Positions 49,955 through 62,418 of a stretch of DNA of 64,000 nucleotides are shown piece by piece. Source of the stretch: an uncultured delta proteobacterium (GTDB lineage: Bacteria; Myxococcota_A; Polyangia; Palsa-1104); assembly GCA_963785725.1 (NCBI GenBank), contig CAWAWS010000016.1, positions 288,001 through 352,000 on the forward strand. Reading direction: 5' to 3'. The notes under the pieces were generated by a model. That model was not told the DNA's origin and did not search any database. It worked only from the letters and a program-made list of their open reading frames with translations. The number at the start of each line of letters is the position of its first letter. The stretch's first letter is position 1. Both the position numbers and the translations under genes were made by a program.

Positions 49955-51259
49955 TTACGGGGCAGCTCGGCAGCGAACGTAGGCGCGATCGCGGATGCGC
50001 TTTTCGGCGTCGTGCAGCTTGGTGGCCGCGGCCGCGTCGGGCTTGCCGTCGGGCGGCGCCAGCTCGAACGCGCGACAGGTGGCCCAGGCGCTGTCGACGT
50101 AGTTCTTCGCCTGATACTGCGCGTCGCCGAAGCGCGTGAGCGCGCCGACGAGCTTGTCGATGAGCTTGTCGTGGCCGGGCGTGCCGTCGGTCATGTCGTC
50201 GAGCATGCGCATGGCGCTCTCGAGCCCTTTGCGATCGCCGAGCAGGATCTTGGCCGCCGCCGACTTCTCGGCCTGCTCGTCCTCGGGCGCGCGCACCGCC
50301 AGATTGCGCAGCCGGCGCGCCTCCGGATTGGCCGGGTCGAGCTCCAGCGCCTGATCGAGCTCGAGCTTGGCCTCGACATACTTGCGCTCGCCGAGCAGCG
50401 TCTTGCCCTGCTGGCGATGCGCCGCCGCCTGCCGCACGAGCCGCGCGATCGCGTCTTTGCCCGGCGCCTGCACCGGCTTCGGCTTATGCAGGAGCACGCC
50501 GACCATGATGAACAGGAGCAGCACCGTGCCCGCCGCGGCGCCGCCGAGCGCGAACAGCTGCGTGCGCGGAATCTCGTTGGGCACGTCGCTGGTGCGGCCG
50601 ATGCTCTCGCCTTCGACGCGGAAGCTGAGCTCGCCGAAGCGCACGGTGTCGCCGGCATGAAAGAGGCCGCGGCCGATCTTGCGCTCGTTGATGTAGCTGC
50701 CGTTGGAGGAGCCGAGATCCTCGATCTCCAGCTCGCCCGGGCCGCGCCGATAGAGCCGCGCGTGCTTGCGCGACAGCGACGGATCGTCGAGCACGACGTC
50801 GTTGTCGACGGCGCGTCCGACGGCGATCTCGGCCGCCGTCAGCTCGTAGACGCGCCCGTCGTACGGTCCGCCTTCGGCGATGATGCGCATCGGCGACAGC
50901 CCCGGCAACGGCAACGAGCCCGGCACCGGCGTCACGCGCTGCACCGCCACCGGCTGCTCGGAGGCGTTCAGCGACTCCACTTCGATGCGAAACTCGGCGA
51001 CGTCGATGCGCGAGCCCGGATGCACGTAGGTCGGCTGTGTGATGCGCACGCCGTCGACGATGACGCCGTTGGCCGAGCCTTCGTCGACGATGCAGGGCTG
51101 GCCGCCCTCGACGTACATGCGGGCGTGACGGCGCGACACCGACGCCGACGGCAGGATGAGCTGCCGATCGGCGTCGCGGCCAATGGTCAGCTCTCCGACC
51201 GCGAGCTCGGAGCGCCCCACTTCACGTCCGTCACGATCGAGCGCGTTGATGCGCCACAT
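49955..51259 (-). CDS. Double-FHA + TM + TPR protein
   Basis: IGR...SVSRRHA...SANG; VGR...SLSRKHA...SSNG; TM helix; ALELDPAN. Confidence 0.9.
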   Translation of the reverse strand: MWRINALDRDGREVGRSELAVGELTIGRDADRQLILPSASVSRRHARMYVEGGQPCIVDEGSANGVIVDGVRITQPTYVHPGSRIDVAEFRIEVESLNASEQPVAVQRVTPVPGSLPLPGLSPMRIIAEGGPYDGRVYELTAAEIAVGRAVDNDVVLDDPSLSRKHARLYRRGPGELEIEDLGSSNGSYINERKIGRGLFHAGDTVRFGELSFRVEGESIGRTSDVPNEIPRTQLFALGGAAAGTVLLLFIMVGVLLHKPKPVQAPGKDAIARLVRQAAAHRQQGKTLLGERKYVEAKLELDQALELDPANPEARRLRNLAVRAPEDEQAEKSAAAKILLGDRKGLESAMRMLDDMTDGTPGHDKLIDKLVGALTRFGDAQYQAKNYVDSAWATCRAFELAPPDGKPDAAAATKLHDAEKRIRDRAYVRCRAAP

Positions 51260-51285
51260 TCAGATGAGGTCCGCCGCGCGATGCA

Positions 51286-53352
<2,067 letters not shown>

Positions 53353-53394
53353 TCGGTCGTCGGCTCCTCGCGCAAATACGGTGTAACCCGCGTA

Positions 53395-53424
53395 ACTCTA
53401 CGAAAAATAATAGGCGACGGTCAA
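53395..53424 (-). promoter_or_regulatory. Putative sigma70 promoter TTGACC-N18-TAGAGT for the FHA-CpaF operon
   Basis: AT-rich patch with near-consensus hexamers about 45 nt upstream of the ATG. Confidence 0.5.
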
Positions 53425-53589
53425 GTTTTAACGGCCCAAAAGCGCGGCCAATTCATCGCCGAAAACGGTCCAGACGGCCCCGAGCGTCAACGCTAGGATC
53501 GCGCCGCGGATGAGCCATTCGGTCAGTCGGCCAGATTCCGTGTCCATGGCGTTTCCATTAGCGCGGGTCGCACGCTACCATGACCAGCC

Positions 53590-54150
53590 ATGCGTAGCCT
53601 ATGCATGTGCATCGTGTTGTTGCTGGCGGCTCCCGCCGGCGCGGCCAAGTGGTACGTCGTCGTACGCGGTGTCGAGGACGCCGACGGGGTCAAGAGCGGC
53701 ATCCGCGACGAGGCGCTGCGCGTCTTCACCGACGAGCTGAAGAAGCATCCCGAGCTGACGCTGGAGGCGCCGCCGGGCCTGCCGACCGAGCCCGAGGCGC
53801 TGGAAAAGGCGCTCATCGCCAAGAAGCTCAAAGCGCTCGAGCTCACCCTGCGGATCTTGTCGGTTTCGCAGGAGGTGAGCGCGCCCGGGCCGGGCAAGCG
53901 CTTTCAGACGCTGATGCGCGGCATCAAGCTCTCGGTGTTCGGCGATTCGTTGCCCGAGAAGGTGATGGCGATCGGCGGCAACGGCGACGCCACCGTCGGC
54001 GTCGAGATCAACCCGGGCGCCGACTTGGAGAAGGAAGGCAGGCCGGCGCTCGTCGACGCCACGCGCGAAGCGGTGCGCCAGGCCGTCGACATGACGGTGC
54101 AGAAGCTGAAGATCGGCGACAAAGCGCCCAAGCTGAAGCGCAAGAAGTAG
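53590..54150 (+). CDS. Secreted hypothetical protein
   Basis: Signal peptide (AGA-AK); good codon usage. Confidence 0.7.
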   Translation: MRSLCMCIVLLLAAPAGAAKWYVVVRGVEDADGVKSGIRDEALRVFTDELKKHPELTLEAPPGLPTEPEALEKALIAKKLKALELTLRILSVSQEVSAPGPGKRFQTLMRGIKLSVFGDSLPEKVMAIGGNGDATVGVEINPGADLEKEGRPALVDATREAVRQAVDMTVQKLKIGDKAPKLKRKK

Positions 54151-54154
54151 CCGC

Positions 54155-55190
54155 TTACGAGATCGGCGGCGGACCGGGGCAGCCGTAGACGACGCTGACT
54201 TTGGTGTTGGCGTCGTTCTTGAGCGCGTCGCAGGCCGCGCCGTGCAAGGTCACCGTGTTCGTCGCCGGATCGTACGTGTAGCCGACCGTCGGTGACGGCG
54301 AGACCGGCGTGCCGTTCTCGGTGACGGTGATGAGCGACGGATCGGGCGCCGCCTGCGTCATCTGGAAGTCGCACGAGACGATACCGCCGGCGATGGCGTC
54401 GAACGCGGCCATCAAGTCGGCGCTCGAATTCGTCTGGTAGTAATGCGTCGCGCCGCTGCGCGCGGTGTGGCCGGCGTCGGCCCAGGCGTTGAGCAGCGTC
54501 GGATCGGTGTTGGTGGCGGCGCCGATGCCGATGACGAACGTCGACACCGACGGCGAGGCCGAATACAACGTGGCGATGCGCGACGTGACGTCGGTGTCGC
54601 CGCAGTTGGGCTCACCGTCGGTGGCGAGGACCACGTAGTTGGCGCGCGTCGTGTCGCCGAGCGCCTTCGATTGGATGACGGCGTCGAGCGTGGCGGCGGT
54701 CGGCGTGTTGCCGCCCGGCTTGTGCGCGGCCACGGCCGTCAGCACCGCCTGGCCGTTGCCGGCGGCGATCGCGCCCGGCACGCCGGCACCGCAGTCGTTG
54801 TCGCTGGCGAAGAAGGTCGCGCCGAGGCGCATCTGCGCGTCGTAGGTCGTCACCAGCGACTGCATGGCGCTCGTCAGATCGGCGTATTTCGTCGTCTTCG
54901 AGCCGGCGGCGATGGCGTCGCTCATCGAGCCCGAGCGATCGAGGACGAGCATGACGTTGGGCGGAACGCGCGTGAGCGCGAACTCCTGACCGCCGCACTC
55001 CATGTCGTCGGTGCCGCCGCCGTTGCCGTTGCCGGTTGCTGCTGCCGCCGTCGCTGTTGCCGCTGCTGCCGGCGAGATCGGCGTTGGCGCCGGGCAGGTT
55101 CGTCGTCGTGGTCGTCTTCGGATGATCGGCGGCGCTCGAGCAGCCGAAGGCAAACACGGTCAAGCCAAGGCACATGGTTCGATTTCGCAT
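54155..55190 (-). CDS. von Willebrand factor A domain lipoprotein; frameshift near 55040
   Basis: Lipobox FAFGC in one frame; MIDAS motifs DRSGS, GNTPT, ATDGEPNC in another. Confidence 0.8.
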
Positions 55191-55202
55191 GCGGCGCGAC
55201 TT

Positions 55203-55218
55203 AGCGAGCCCGATGCCA
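55203..55218 (-). promoter_or_regulatory. Putative sigma54 promoter
   Basis: Minus strand TGGCATCGGGCTCGCT (GG-N10-GC), 14 nt from the -12 C to the ATG. Confidence 0.45.
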
Positions 55219-55438
55219 GCCGGCGACGACGCGATCTCGACTGTTTACGCGATCAGGCTAGGTCAACTGGCCCTAGCTGATCCGTTGTAACGCAGATTCG
55301 CTGCTGACAACTGACCCCTCCACGGCGAAGCTACAACTGGGGCGGCGAGCCCCACCCCAGCGCCGCCCATGACGTGTCCTATCCCATGGTTACGGGCTTC
55401 CACGGATGGTACGGGCGGTGCTTATCCGGCACGTGCGC

Positions 55439-56905
55439 ATGCGCCTGCTCGCCATAGTGGCGGCCCTTTGGGTTTCGATCGCGAGCGCGCGGGCGGCCGA
55501 CAGTCTGCGCGCGCCGGCCGCGGCGTCGATGGCGGGCGGCCGGGTGATCGTCCGCTGGCGGACGGCGGCGCCGGCACAGCCGACGTCGGGGCTGTGGCGC
55601 CATCGGCGCGCTTTGGCCAACGGCGCGCGGCTCATCGAGGCGGCGGATTCGTCGCCGGAGACGACGGCGCGGCTGCTGGCTCAATTGCGCGCCGATCCCG
55701 ACGTCGACTATGCCGAGCCCGATTATGTGCGCCACCGCAGCGTGCAGATCGTCACCCCGGATGATCCGCTGTTCACGCAGCAGTGGGCGCTGCCGATGGT
55801 GCACGCGCAGGAAGCGTGGGGGTTGTCGACGGGAACGACCAGCGTCACCGTCGCCATCATCGACACCGGCATCGTCATGCACTCGGAGTTGGCGGCGCGC
55901 GTCGTGGGCGGATACGACTTCATCACCGATCCGACGGCGGCCGGCGACGGCGACGGGCGCGACCCCGATTACACCGACGCCGGCACGTCCGACGAGTCGA
56001 GCTCGGGGCTGCACGGCACGCACGTCGCCGGCATCGTCGCCGCGCAGGCGAACAACGACGTCGGCGTCGCCGGGCTCGACTGGAACTGCAAGCTGCTGGT
56101 CGCGCGCGTGCTCGGCGTCGAGCATGGCGAAGGTGCCGACAGCGACATCGCCGACGCCATCCGCTGGTCGGCCGGGCTGCACGTCGACGGCGTGCCCGAC
56201 AACGACAAGCCCGCCCAGGTCATCAACATGAGCTTCGGCGGCGCCGGCTTTTCGCAGACGCTGCAAGACGCCGTGCACGCGGCCGTGTCCAACGGCGCCA
56301 TCGTCGTCGCGGCCGCGGGCAACGACGCCGGCGAAGCGCGCTTGGTCGCGCCGGCCAGCCTCGACGGCGTCATCGCGGTCGGCGCCGTCGACCCGACCGG
56401 CAAACGCGCGTCGTACTCGAACTTCGGCAACGTCGTCGTCGTGATGGCGCCCGGCGGCAGCCCCGATCCCGATCCGACGACGGGCGCGCCGCAAGGCGTG
56501 CTGTCGACCATGCGCGTCGACGGCGCCGACACGTATGCCGAGCTGGCCGGCACGTCGCAGGCGTCGCCGTTCGTGTCGGCGACGATCTCGCTCATGAAGG
56601 CGGCCTATCCGCGCCTGACGGCGATCGATGCGCGCGACATCTTGCAGCTGACGGCCGATCCGTCGGCGCAATGTGCCGATCCGAACGATCCGACGGTGAC
56701 GGGCTGTGGCGCCGGGCTGCTCGACGTGCAGGCCGCGGTGGCGCTGGCCGTGCAATCGCAGGCGCAGGGCGGGTTCGATACGCACGTCGGCAACAGCGTG
56801 CGCGGCGGCTGCGACTTCGGCGGTCGCGACGGCAGCGGCTGGCCGGCGCTCGCCTTCGTGCTCGTGCTGCTCGCCGGCGTGCGCGCGCGGCGTCGCATGT
56901 TATAG
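55439..56905 (+). CDS. Subtilisin-like S8 serine peptidase with a MYXO-CTERM-like sorting tail
   Basis: IIDTG, HGTHVAG, AAGN, GTSQASP; GGCDFG...LAFVLVLLAGVRARRR. Confidence 0.92.
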   Translation: MRLLAIVAALWVSIASARAADSLRAPAAASMAGGRVIVRWRTAAPAQPTSGLWRHRRALANGARLIEAADSSPETTARLLAQLRADPDVDYAEPDYVRHRSVQIVTPDDPLFTQQWALPMVHAQEAWGLSTGTTSVTVAIIDTGIVMHSELAARVVGGYDFITDPTAAGDGDGRDPDYTDAGTSDESSSGLHGTHVAGIVAAQANNDVGVAGLDWNCKLLVARVLGVEHGEGADSDIADAIRWSAGLHVDGVPDNDKPAQVINMSFGGAGFSQTLQDAVHAAVSNGAIVVAAAGNDAGEARLVAPASLDGVIAVGAVDPTGKRASYSNFGNVVVVMAPGGSPDPDPTTGAPQGVLSTMRVDGADTYAELAGTSQASPFVSATISLMKAAYPRLTAIDARDILQLTADPSAQCADPNDPTVTGCGAGLLDVQAAVALAVQSQAQGGFDTHVGNSVRGGCDFGGRDGSGWPALAFVLVLLAGVRARRRML

Positions 56906-56912
56906 ATCGCGC

Positions 56913-57404
56913 GTGCCCAAGGTCGACTTCGAACGAGAGGGCGTGACCGTCGAGGTGCGCGCCGGACAGACGCTGTTGGAGGTCGCCGAGAGCGCGGGCA
57001 TCGACGTATTTCGCGGCATCTGGCCGGCGCTGCACTGCGGATCGCGTCCCGGCTGGTGCAACCGCTGCAAGCTGTGGGTGCACGCCGACAGCGACGGCGC
57101 GATCAACCCGCCGACGGTGAAAGAGACGGCGCGCCTGCGCCTCAACGGCCGCGTCCACGGCGAGCAGCGGCTCGCCTGTCAGGTGCAGGTGCGCGGCGAC
57201 GTGCGCGTGCATACGCGGGCCGGCGGGCCGATCGTGCGGCCGTCGCTGGCGGGCGACGCGCCCGAGTGGAAGAACGCGCTCAGCCAGCGGCCGCCGGCGC
57301 CGGCGAAGCCCGCCGTCGACGCGGCCGCCGCCGTGGCAACCGAGGAGAAGCCAGCCGCTCCCGCGACCAAGGCGGCGGCGGTGACGGACAAGGCGAGCGA
57401 ATGA
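56913..57404 (+). CDS. 2Fe-2S ferredoxin-like protein
   Basis: TLLEVA...G...HCGSRPGWCNRC...RLACQ. Confidence 0.8.
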   Translation: MPKVDFEREGVTVEVRAGQTLLEVAESAGIDVFRGIWPALHCGSRPGWCNRCKLWVHADSDGAINPPTVKETARLRLNGRVHGEQRLACQVQVRGDVRVHTRAGGPIVRPSLAGDAPEWKNALSQRPPAPAKPAVDAAAAVATEEKPAAPATKAAAVTDKASE

Positions 57405-58588
57405 GGCGCGTCGCGGTCACCGGCATCGGCGTCGTCAGCGCGCTCGGTGCCGACGCCGCCGCCTTCGCCGACGGGCTGCGCGCCGGCCGCTCGGGCATCG
57501 CGCCCTTGACGCTGTTCGACACCACCGGCTTTCGCGCGCGGCTGGCGGCGCAAGCGCCCGACCCCACGCCGCCGCTGCCGGCCGCGGCGTTGGCGACGGC
57601 GTCGCGGCCCGATCGCTTCGGCTTGCAGGCGGCGTTCGAAGCGGTGGCGCACGCGGGCTTGACGGCGCAGGATTTGGCGCGCGCCGCGGTCGTCTTCGGC
57701 ACCGGCACGGGCGGGCTCACGTCGACGGAGCTCGTCGTGCGCGACGGCGATGGGCCGGCGGCGCTGCTCGTGCCGCATCAGCCGGCGTCGGTGACCAATC
57801 TGGTCGCGCGCCACCTCGGCATCAGCGGGCCGCGCAGCACGATCATGACGGCCTGCTCGTCGTCGGCGACGGCGATTGGCTGGGCCGCCAATCGCATCCG
57901 CCTCGGCCACGTCGACGTCGCGCTGGCCGGCGGCGCCGAGGGGCTCACGCGCCTGACGTACGCCGGCTTCGGCTGCCTCCGCGCGACCGCGCCCGGCGAC
58001 GAGCCCTGCCGCCCGTTCGACGCCGAGCGCAAAGGGCTGACGCTCGGCGAGGGCGCGGCCGTGTTGATCTTGGAAGACATGGAGCGCGCACGCGCCCGCG
58101 GCGCGACGATCTTGGCCGTCCTCGCCGGCTGGGGCATCACCGCCGACGCGCACCACATGACGGCGCCGCATCCCGAGGGCGAAGGCGCGGCGCGCGCGAT
58201 GCGCATGGCGCTCGCCGACGCGCAGGTCGCCCCCGAGCAGATCGGCTACGTCAACGCGCACGGCACCGGCACGCCGCACAACGACGCCGCCGAATCGTTC
58301 GCGCTCAAGACGGTCCTCGGCGCCCGCGCTCCGTCGGTGCCGGTGTCGAGCATCAAGGCGATGGTGGGCCACACGCTCGGCGCGGCCGGCGCCATCGAAG
58401 CCGCCGCGTCGGTGCTGTCGCTGGCGCGCGACTTCCTACCACCGACGGTGAATTTGCGCACGCCCGATCCGGCGTTCGGCCTCGACTTCATCCCCGACCG
58501 CGCGCGGCAGATCCGCGTCGAGGCCGTGCTCTCCAGCTCCTTCGCGTTCGGCGGCAACAACACGGTCCTCGCCTTTACGCGCGCTTGA
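57401..58588 (+). CDS. Beta-ketoacyl-ACP synthase (FabF-like, intact Cys-His-His triad)
   Basis: TACSSS, NAHGTGT..ND, SSIK..VGHTLGAAG, FAFGGNN. Confidence 0.93.
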   Translation: MRRVAVTGIGVVSALGADAAAFADGLRAGRSGIAPLTLFDTTGFRARLAAQAPDPTPPLPAAALATASRPDRFGLQAAFEAVAHAGLTAQDLARAAVVFGTGTGGLTSTELVVRDGDGPAALLVPHQPASVTNLVARHLGISGPRSTIMTACSSSATAIGWAANRIRLGHVDVALAGGAEGLTRLTYAGFGCLRATAPGDEPCRPFDAERKGLTLGEGAAVLILEDMERARARGATILAVLAGWGITADAHHMTAPHPEGEGAARAMRMALADAQVAPEQIGYVNAHGTGTPHNDAAESFALKTVLGARAPSVPVSSIKAMVGHTLGAAGAIEAAASVLSLARDFLPPTVNLRTPDPAFGLDFIPDRARQIRVEAVLSSSFAFGGNNTVLAFTRA

Positions 58589-58606
58589 ATCCGTCGCTGC
58601 CGATCG

Positions 58607-59359
58607 TTACGTCAGGCTGGCGTCGACGGCCGGCGGCAAGATCTCGCTGACGTCGCCTTCGAGCCGCAGCGTCGCCTCGTCGTCCTGCTCGGTCGGCCCG
58701 CGATTGACGATGACGTAGCCGACGCCGCGACGCCGCGCCGTCAGTGGAATCGCCGCCGCCGGCTGCACCGCCAGCGTCGAGCCCAGCGCCACCACCAAGT
58801 CGCACGCCTCCGCCGCCGCGAACGCGCGCTCGAGCACGTCGGCGCGCAGCGCCTGCCCGAAGCTGATCGTCGCCATCTTCAGCCAGCCGCCGCAGTCGCG
58901 ACAGGTCGGCGGCTCGTGCGTGCGCGCGAACGCCGCCATCGCCGCCGCCGGCTCCGTGCGCGCGCCGCAGCCGACGCACTCGACGGCGCGATTGGTGCCG
59001 TGGATCTCGATGAGCCGCGCGGCGTCCGAGCCCGCCAGCTGATGCAGCCCGTCGATGTTCTGCGTCACCAGCGCGTGCACGCGCCCCGCTGCTTCCAGCT
59101 TGGCGATCGCGCGATGGGTCGCGTTCGGCTGCGCGTCGGCGAACTGGCGATAGCCTTCGAGCTTGAAGTCCCAATATTCGCGGCGCTTGTCCGCCGACGC
59201 CAGGAACTCTTGGTGATACACGGGCTGCCGGCGCGTCCAGACGCCGTTGGGGCCACGAAAATCGGGGATGCCGCTCGTCGTCGAGATGCCGGCGCCGGTG
59301 AAGACCAAGATGCGCCGCGCGCCCGCCAGCGCCGCGACCAGGCGTGCCTCGGCGGCCAC
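58607..59359 (-). CDS. cobB: Sir2-family NAD-dependent deacylase
   Basis: TGAGIS..SGIPDFRG, TQNIDGLHQ, HGT, CxxC...CxxC, GSTL.V.PAA. Confidence 0.9.
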   Translation of the reverse strand: MAAEARLVAALAGARRILVFTGAGISTTSGIPDFRGPNGVWTRRQPVYHQEFLASADKRREYWDFKLEGYRQFADAQPNATHRAIAKLEAAGRVHALVTQNIDGLHQLAGSDAARLIEIHGTNRAVECVGCGARTEPAAAMAAFARTHEPPTCRDCGGWLKMATISFGQALRADVLERAFAAAEACDLVVALGSTLAVQPAAAIPLTARRRGVGYVIVNRGPTEQDDEATLRLEGDVSEILPPAVDASLT

Positions 59360-59363
59360 GCGC

Positions 59364-60302
59364 TTACTCGACGAGGTGGAAGAAGCGCTTGACGCGAATA
59401 CCCTCGGGCTCGCCTTCGGAGAACCAGATGACCATCGCCTTGCCCTTGATGAGATCGAACGGGACCGTGCCCCAAAAGCGCGAGTCATGCGAGTTGTCGC
59501 GGTTGTCGCCCATGACGAACACGTTGTCCTTGGCGACCTTGACGGGCGGGAAGTCGTCGCGCGTGATGCCGGGCGCGAGGTATGTCATGTAGCTGGTGCC
59601 GTCAGCGAGCGTCTCGCGATAGGGCTGACAGCGCTTCTGCTCCCACTTCTCGTCCAGCTCGGTGAAGTCCATGTAGCGGCACTCGCCGTCGACGGCCTGG
59701 CGCGGAATCGGCTGACCGTTGACGATCGCCTGGCCGTCGCGAATCTCGACCGTGTCGCCTTCGATGCCGACGATGCGCTTGATGAAATCCTTGTCCGGCT
59801 CTTTCGGATAGATGAAGACGATGACCTCGCCGCGCTTCGGCTTGCGATAGCCCATGCCGAACTTGATGTTCGTGAACGGGATGCGAATGCCGTAGATGAA
59901 CTTGTTGACGAAGATGTGATCGCCCACCTGCAGCGTCGGAATCATCGAGCCCGACGGGATCTTGAAGGCCTCGACGACGAAGGCGCGCAAGAAGAGCGCG
60001 ATCAAGACGGCGATGGCGATCGACTCGATGTACTCGCGCGCCGTCGACTTGCGCGCGAACGAGAGGTGATTGTCGAGCTGCTTGTCGAGGACGTTGAGCG
60101 CTTCGGTCAGATGATCGTAGTCGCGATTGATGACGGTCTGCGACAGATGATCGATCGCCGTCTTGACCTGCGTGGCCGACTCCGGCTTGAGCCGCTCGCC
60201 GTATTTGCGCAGGACGCGTCGCCCTTCGCGCAAGAGGAGCTCGGCCTCTTTGACGCCGCGCCGACGCAAGCTCCACGAGTTGTAGCGCGCGACGACGTCC
60301 AC
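59364..60302 (-). CDS. lepB: Signal peptidase I with an N-terminal helical extension
   Basis: AFKIPSGSM.PTL, DFIKRIVG, GDNRDNS.DSR. Confidence 0.95.
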   Translation of the reverse strand: MDVVARYNSWSLRRRGVKEAELLLREGRRVLRKYGERLKPESATQVKTAIDHLSQTVINRDYDHLTEALNVLDKQLDNHLSFARKSTAREYIESIAIAVLIALFLRAFVVEAFKIPSGSMIPTLQVGDHIFVNKFIYGIRIPFTNIKFGMGYRKPKRGEVIVFIYPKEPDKDFIKRIVGIEGDTVEIRDGQAIVNGQPIPRQAVDGECRYMDFTELDEKWEQKRCQPYRETLADGTSYMTYLAPGITRDDFPPVKVAKDNVFVMGDNRDNSHDSRFWGTVPFDLIKGKAMVIWFSEGEPEGIRVKRFFHLVE

Positions 60303-62101
60303 TATTCGACCTTGAGAACCGCGAGAAAGGCTTCCTGAGGAATCTCGACGTTGCCCACGGACTTCATGCGCTTTTTGCCCTCTTTTTGCCGCTCGAGCAG
60401 CTTGCGCTTACGCGAGATGTCGCCGCCGTAGCACTTGGCGGTGACGTTCTTGCGCAGCGCCTTGACCGTCGTGCGGGCGATGACCCGCGAGCCGATGGCC
60501 GCCTGAATGGCGACCTCGAACTGCTGCACCGGCACCAGCTCCTTCATTTTGACGCACAAGTCCTGCCCGCGGTTGTAGCTGCGATCGCGGTGCGTGATGA
60601 TCGACAAGGCGTCGACGCGCTCGCCGTTCACCAGCAAATCGAGGCGCACGAGATCGGCCTCGCGATACTCTTTGAGCTCGTAATCGAGCGACGCATAGCC
60701 GCGCGAGATCGTCTTCAGCTTGTCGTAAAAGCCGAACACGACCTCACCGAGCGGCAGGTCGTATTTGACGATGACGCGGTTGTCACCGACGTAGTCGATG
60801 CCCGTCTGCATGCCGCGGCGCTCTTGGCACAAGGTGATGATGTTGCCGACGTACTCGTGCGGCACGTGAATCGTCGCGCCGATGATCGGCTCTTCGACGC
60901 GCACGAACTTGCCGGGGTCGGGCATCGCCGCCGGGTTGGCGATCTCGTGCACGCTGCCGTCTTGCGACACGATGCGATAGCGCACCGTCGGCGCCGTGAC
61001 GATGAGGTCGAGGTTGTACTCGCGCTCGAGCCGCTCCTGCACGATCTCCATGTGCAACAGGCCCAAGAAGCCGCAGCGAAAGCCGAAGCCGAGCGCCAGC
61101 GACGTCTCGGCCTCGTACGTGAACGACGAGTCGTTCAGCGCCAGCTTGTCGAGCGCCTCGCGCAACTCGACGTAGCGCGCCGAGTCGGTCGGGAAGATGC
61201 CGGCGAAGACCATCGGCTTGACCAGCTTGAAGCCGGGCAAAGGCGGCGCCTGACGATCGGTCTCGGTGATGGTGTCGCCGATCTTCGTGTCCGCGACCTG
61301 CTTGATGTTGGCGATGACGAAGCCGACCTCGCCCACCGACAGCGTCTCGAGCTCCGCCGGATGCGGCGTAAAGGCGCCGACGGCCAGCACTTCGAAGTCG
61401 GTGCTCGTCGCCAACAGGCGAATCTTGAGCCCTTTTCGCAGCGTGCCTTGCATGACGCGCACGAGCGTGACGACGCCTTTGTACGGGTCGTACCAGCTGT
61501 CGAAGATGAGCGCTTGCAGCGGCGCATTCGGATCGCCCGTCGGCGGCGGCATGCGCGTGCAGATCGCCTCCAGGATCTCGTGAATGCCGAGCCCCGTCTT
61601 CGCCGACGCCAAGAGCGCGTCCGACGCGTCCATGCCGATGACTTCCTCGATCTGCTTCTTCGCGCCTTCGGGATCGGCCGACGGCAGATCGATCTTGTTG
61701 AGCACGGGCACGATGGTGAGGTTGTTATCGAGCGCCAAATAGACGTTGGCCAGCGTCTGCGCTTCCACGCCTTGCGCCGCGTCGACGACCAAGAGCGCGC
61801 CTTCGCAGGCGCCGAGCGCGCGCGAGACTTCGTAGCCGAAGTCGACGTGGCCGGGCGTGTCGATCAAGTTCATGACGTAGTCTTGGCCGGCGTCGCTCTT
61901 GTAATAGAGCCGCACCGACTGCGCCTTGATGGTGATGCCGCGCTCGCGCTCCAATTCCATCTTGTCGAGGAACTGATCTTTGCGCTCGCGCTCGGTCAGC
62001 GCGCCGGTGGCGTCCAGGATGCGATCGGCGAGCGTCGACTTGCCGTGGTCGATATGCGCGATGATCGAAAAATTTCGGATGAACTTCGGGTCTGCGGACA
62101 T
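60302..62101 (-). CDS. lepA: Translation elongation factor 4 (LepA)
   Basis: [57 protein letters not shown]. Confidence 0.99.
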   Translation of the reverse strand: MSADPKFIRNFSIIAHIDHGKSTLADRILDATGALTERERKDQFLDKMELERERGITIKAQSVRLYYKSDAGQDYVMNLIDTPGHVDFGYEVSRALGACEGALLVVDAAQGVEAQTLANVYLALDNNLTIVPVLNKIDLPSADPEGAKKQIEEVIGMDASDALLASAKTGLGIHEILEAICTRMPPPTGDPNAPLQALIFDSWYDPYKGVVTLVRVMQGTLRKGLKIRLLATSTDFEVLAVGAFTPHPAELETLSVGEVGFVIANIKQVADTKIGDTITETDRQAPPLPGFKLVKPMVFAGIFPTDSARYVELREALDKLALNDSSFTYEAETSLALGFGFRCGFLGLLHMEIVQERLEREYNLDLIVTAPTVRYRIVSQDGSVHEIANPAAMPDPGKFVRVEEPIIGATIHVPHEYVGNIITLCQERRGMQTGIDYVGDNRVIVKYDLPLGEVVFGFYDKLKTISRGYASLDYELKEYREADLVRLDLLVNGERVDALSIITHRDRSYNRGQDLCVKMKELVPVQQFEVAIQAAIGSRVIARTTVKALRKNVTAKCYGGDISRKRKLLERQKEGKKRMKSVGNVEIPQEAFLAVLKVE

Positions 62102-62125
62102 GCGTTGAACCGCAGATTCTATAGT

Positions 62126-62308
62126 CTACTTGATGTCGAAAAGCGACTGCTGACCCGGCAAATGATCGCGATACTTTTCCAGCACCATTTCGATGCCCTG
62201 ACGAATGTATTCCGCCATCGGGACCTTCGTCTTGGCGTTCAGTTGCTTGAGCGCCGCGTCTTGCTCGGGCGTGATGTAGATGGTGGTGGAGATCTTTTTA
62301 CGGCTCAT
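62126..62308 (-). CDS. Ribbon-helix-helix DNA-binding protein
   Basis: STTIYI (strand), EQ...LK.L...T..P.AEYIRQGI. Confidence 0.85.
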   Translation of the reverse strand: MSRKKISTTIYITPEQDAALKQLNAKTKVPMAEYIRQGIEMVLEKYRDHLPGQQSLFDIK

Positions 62309-62346
62309 TCCAGGTCCCTCGCCTACCCAAAGGATATAGCAGACAT

Positions 62347-62375
62347 ATAGTATGTGACCATATATCTATCGTCAA
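62347..62375 (-). promoter_or_regulatory. Sigma70 promoter TTGACG-N17-TACTAT upstream of the RHH gene
   Basis: Near-consensus hexamers with exact 17-bp spacing in an AT-rich patch. Confidence 0.7.
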
Positions 62376-62418
62376 ATCCTAGCTTGCCTGGTGTCCGACG
62401 CAGTCGTACGCTCGCCCC

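Noticed and set aside
58607..59359. Sir2 protein as an anti-phage defence component (Thoeris/DSR type)
   Set aside because: It has the canonical CobB-like motifs with a Zn ribbon, no fused domains and a housekeeping context
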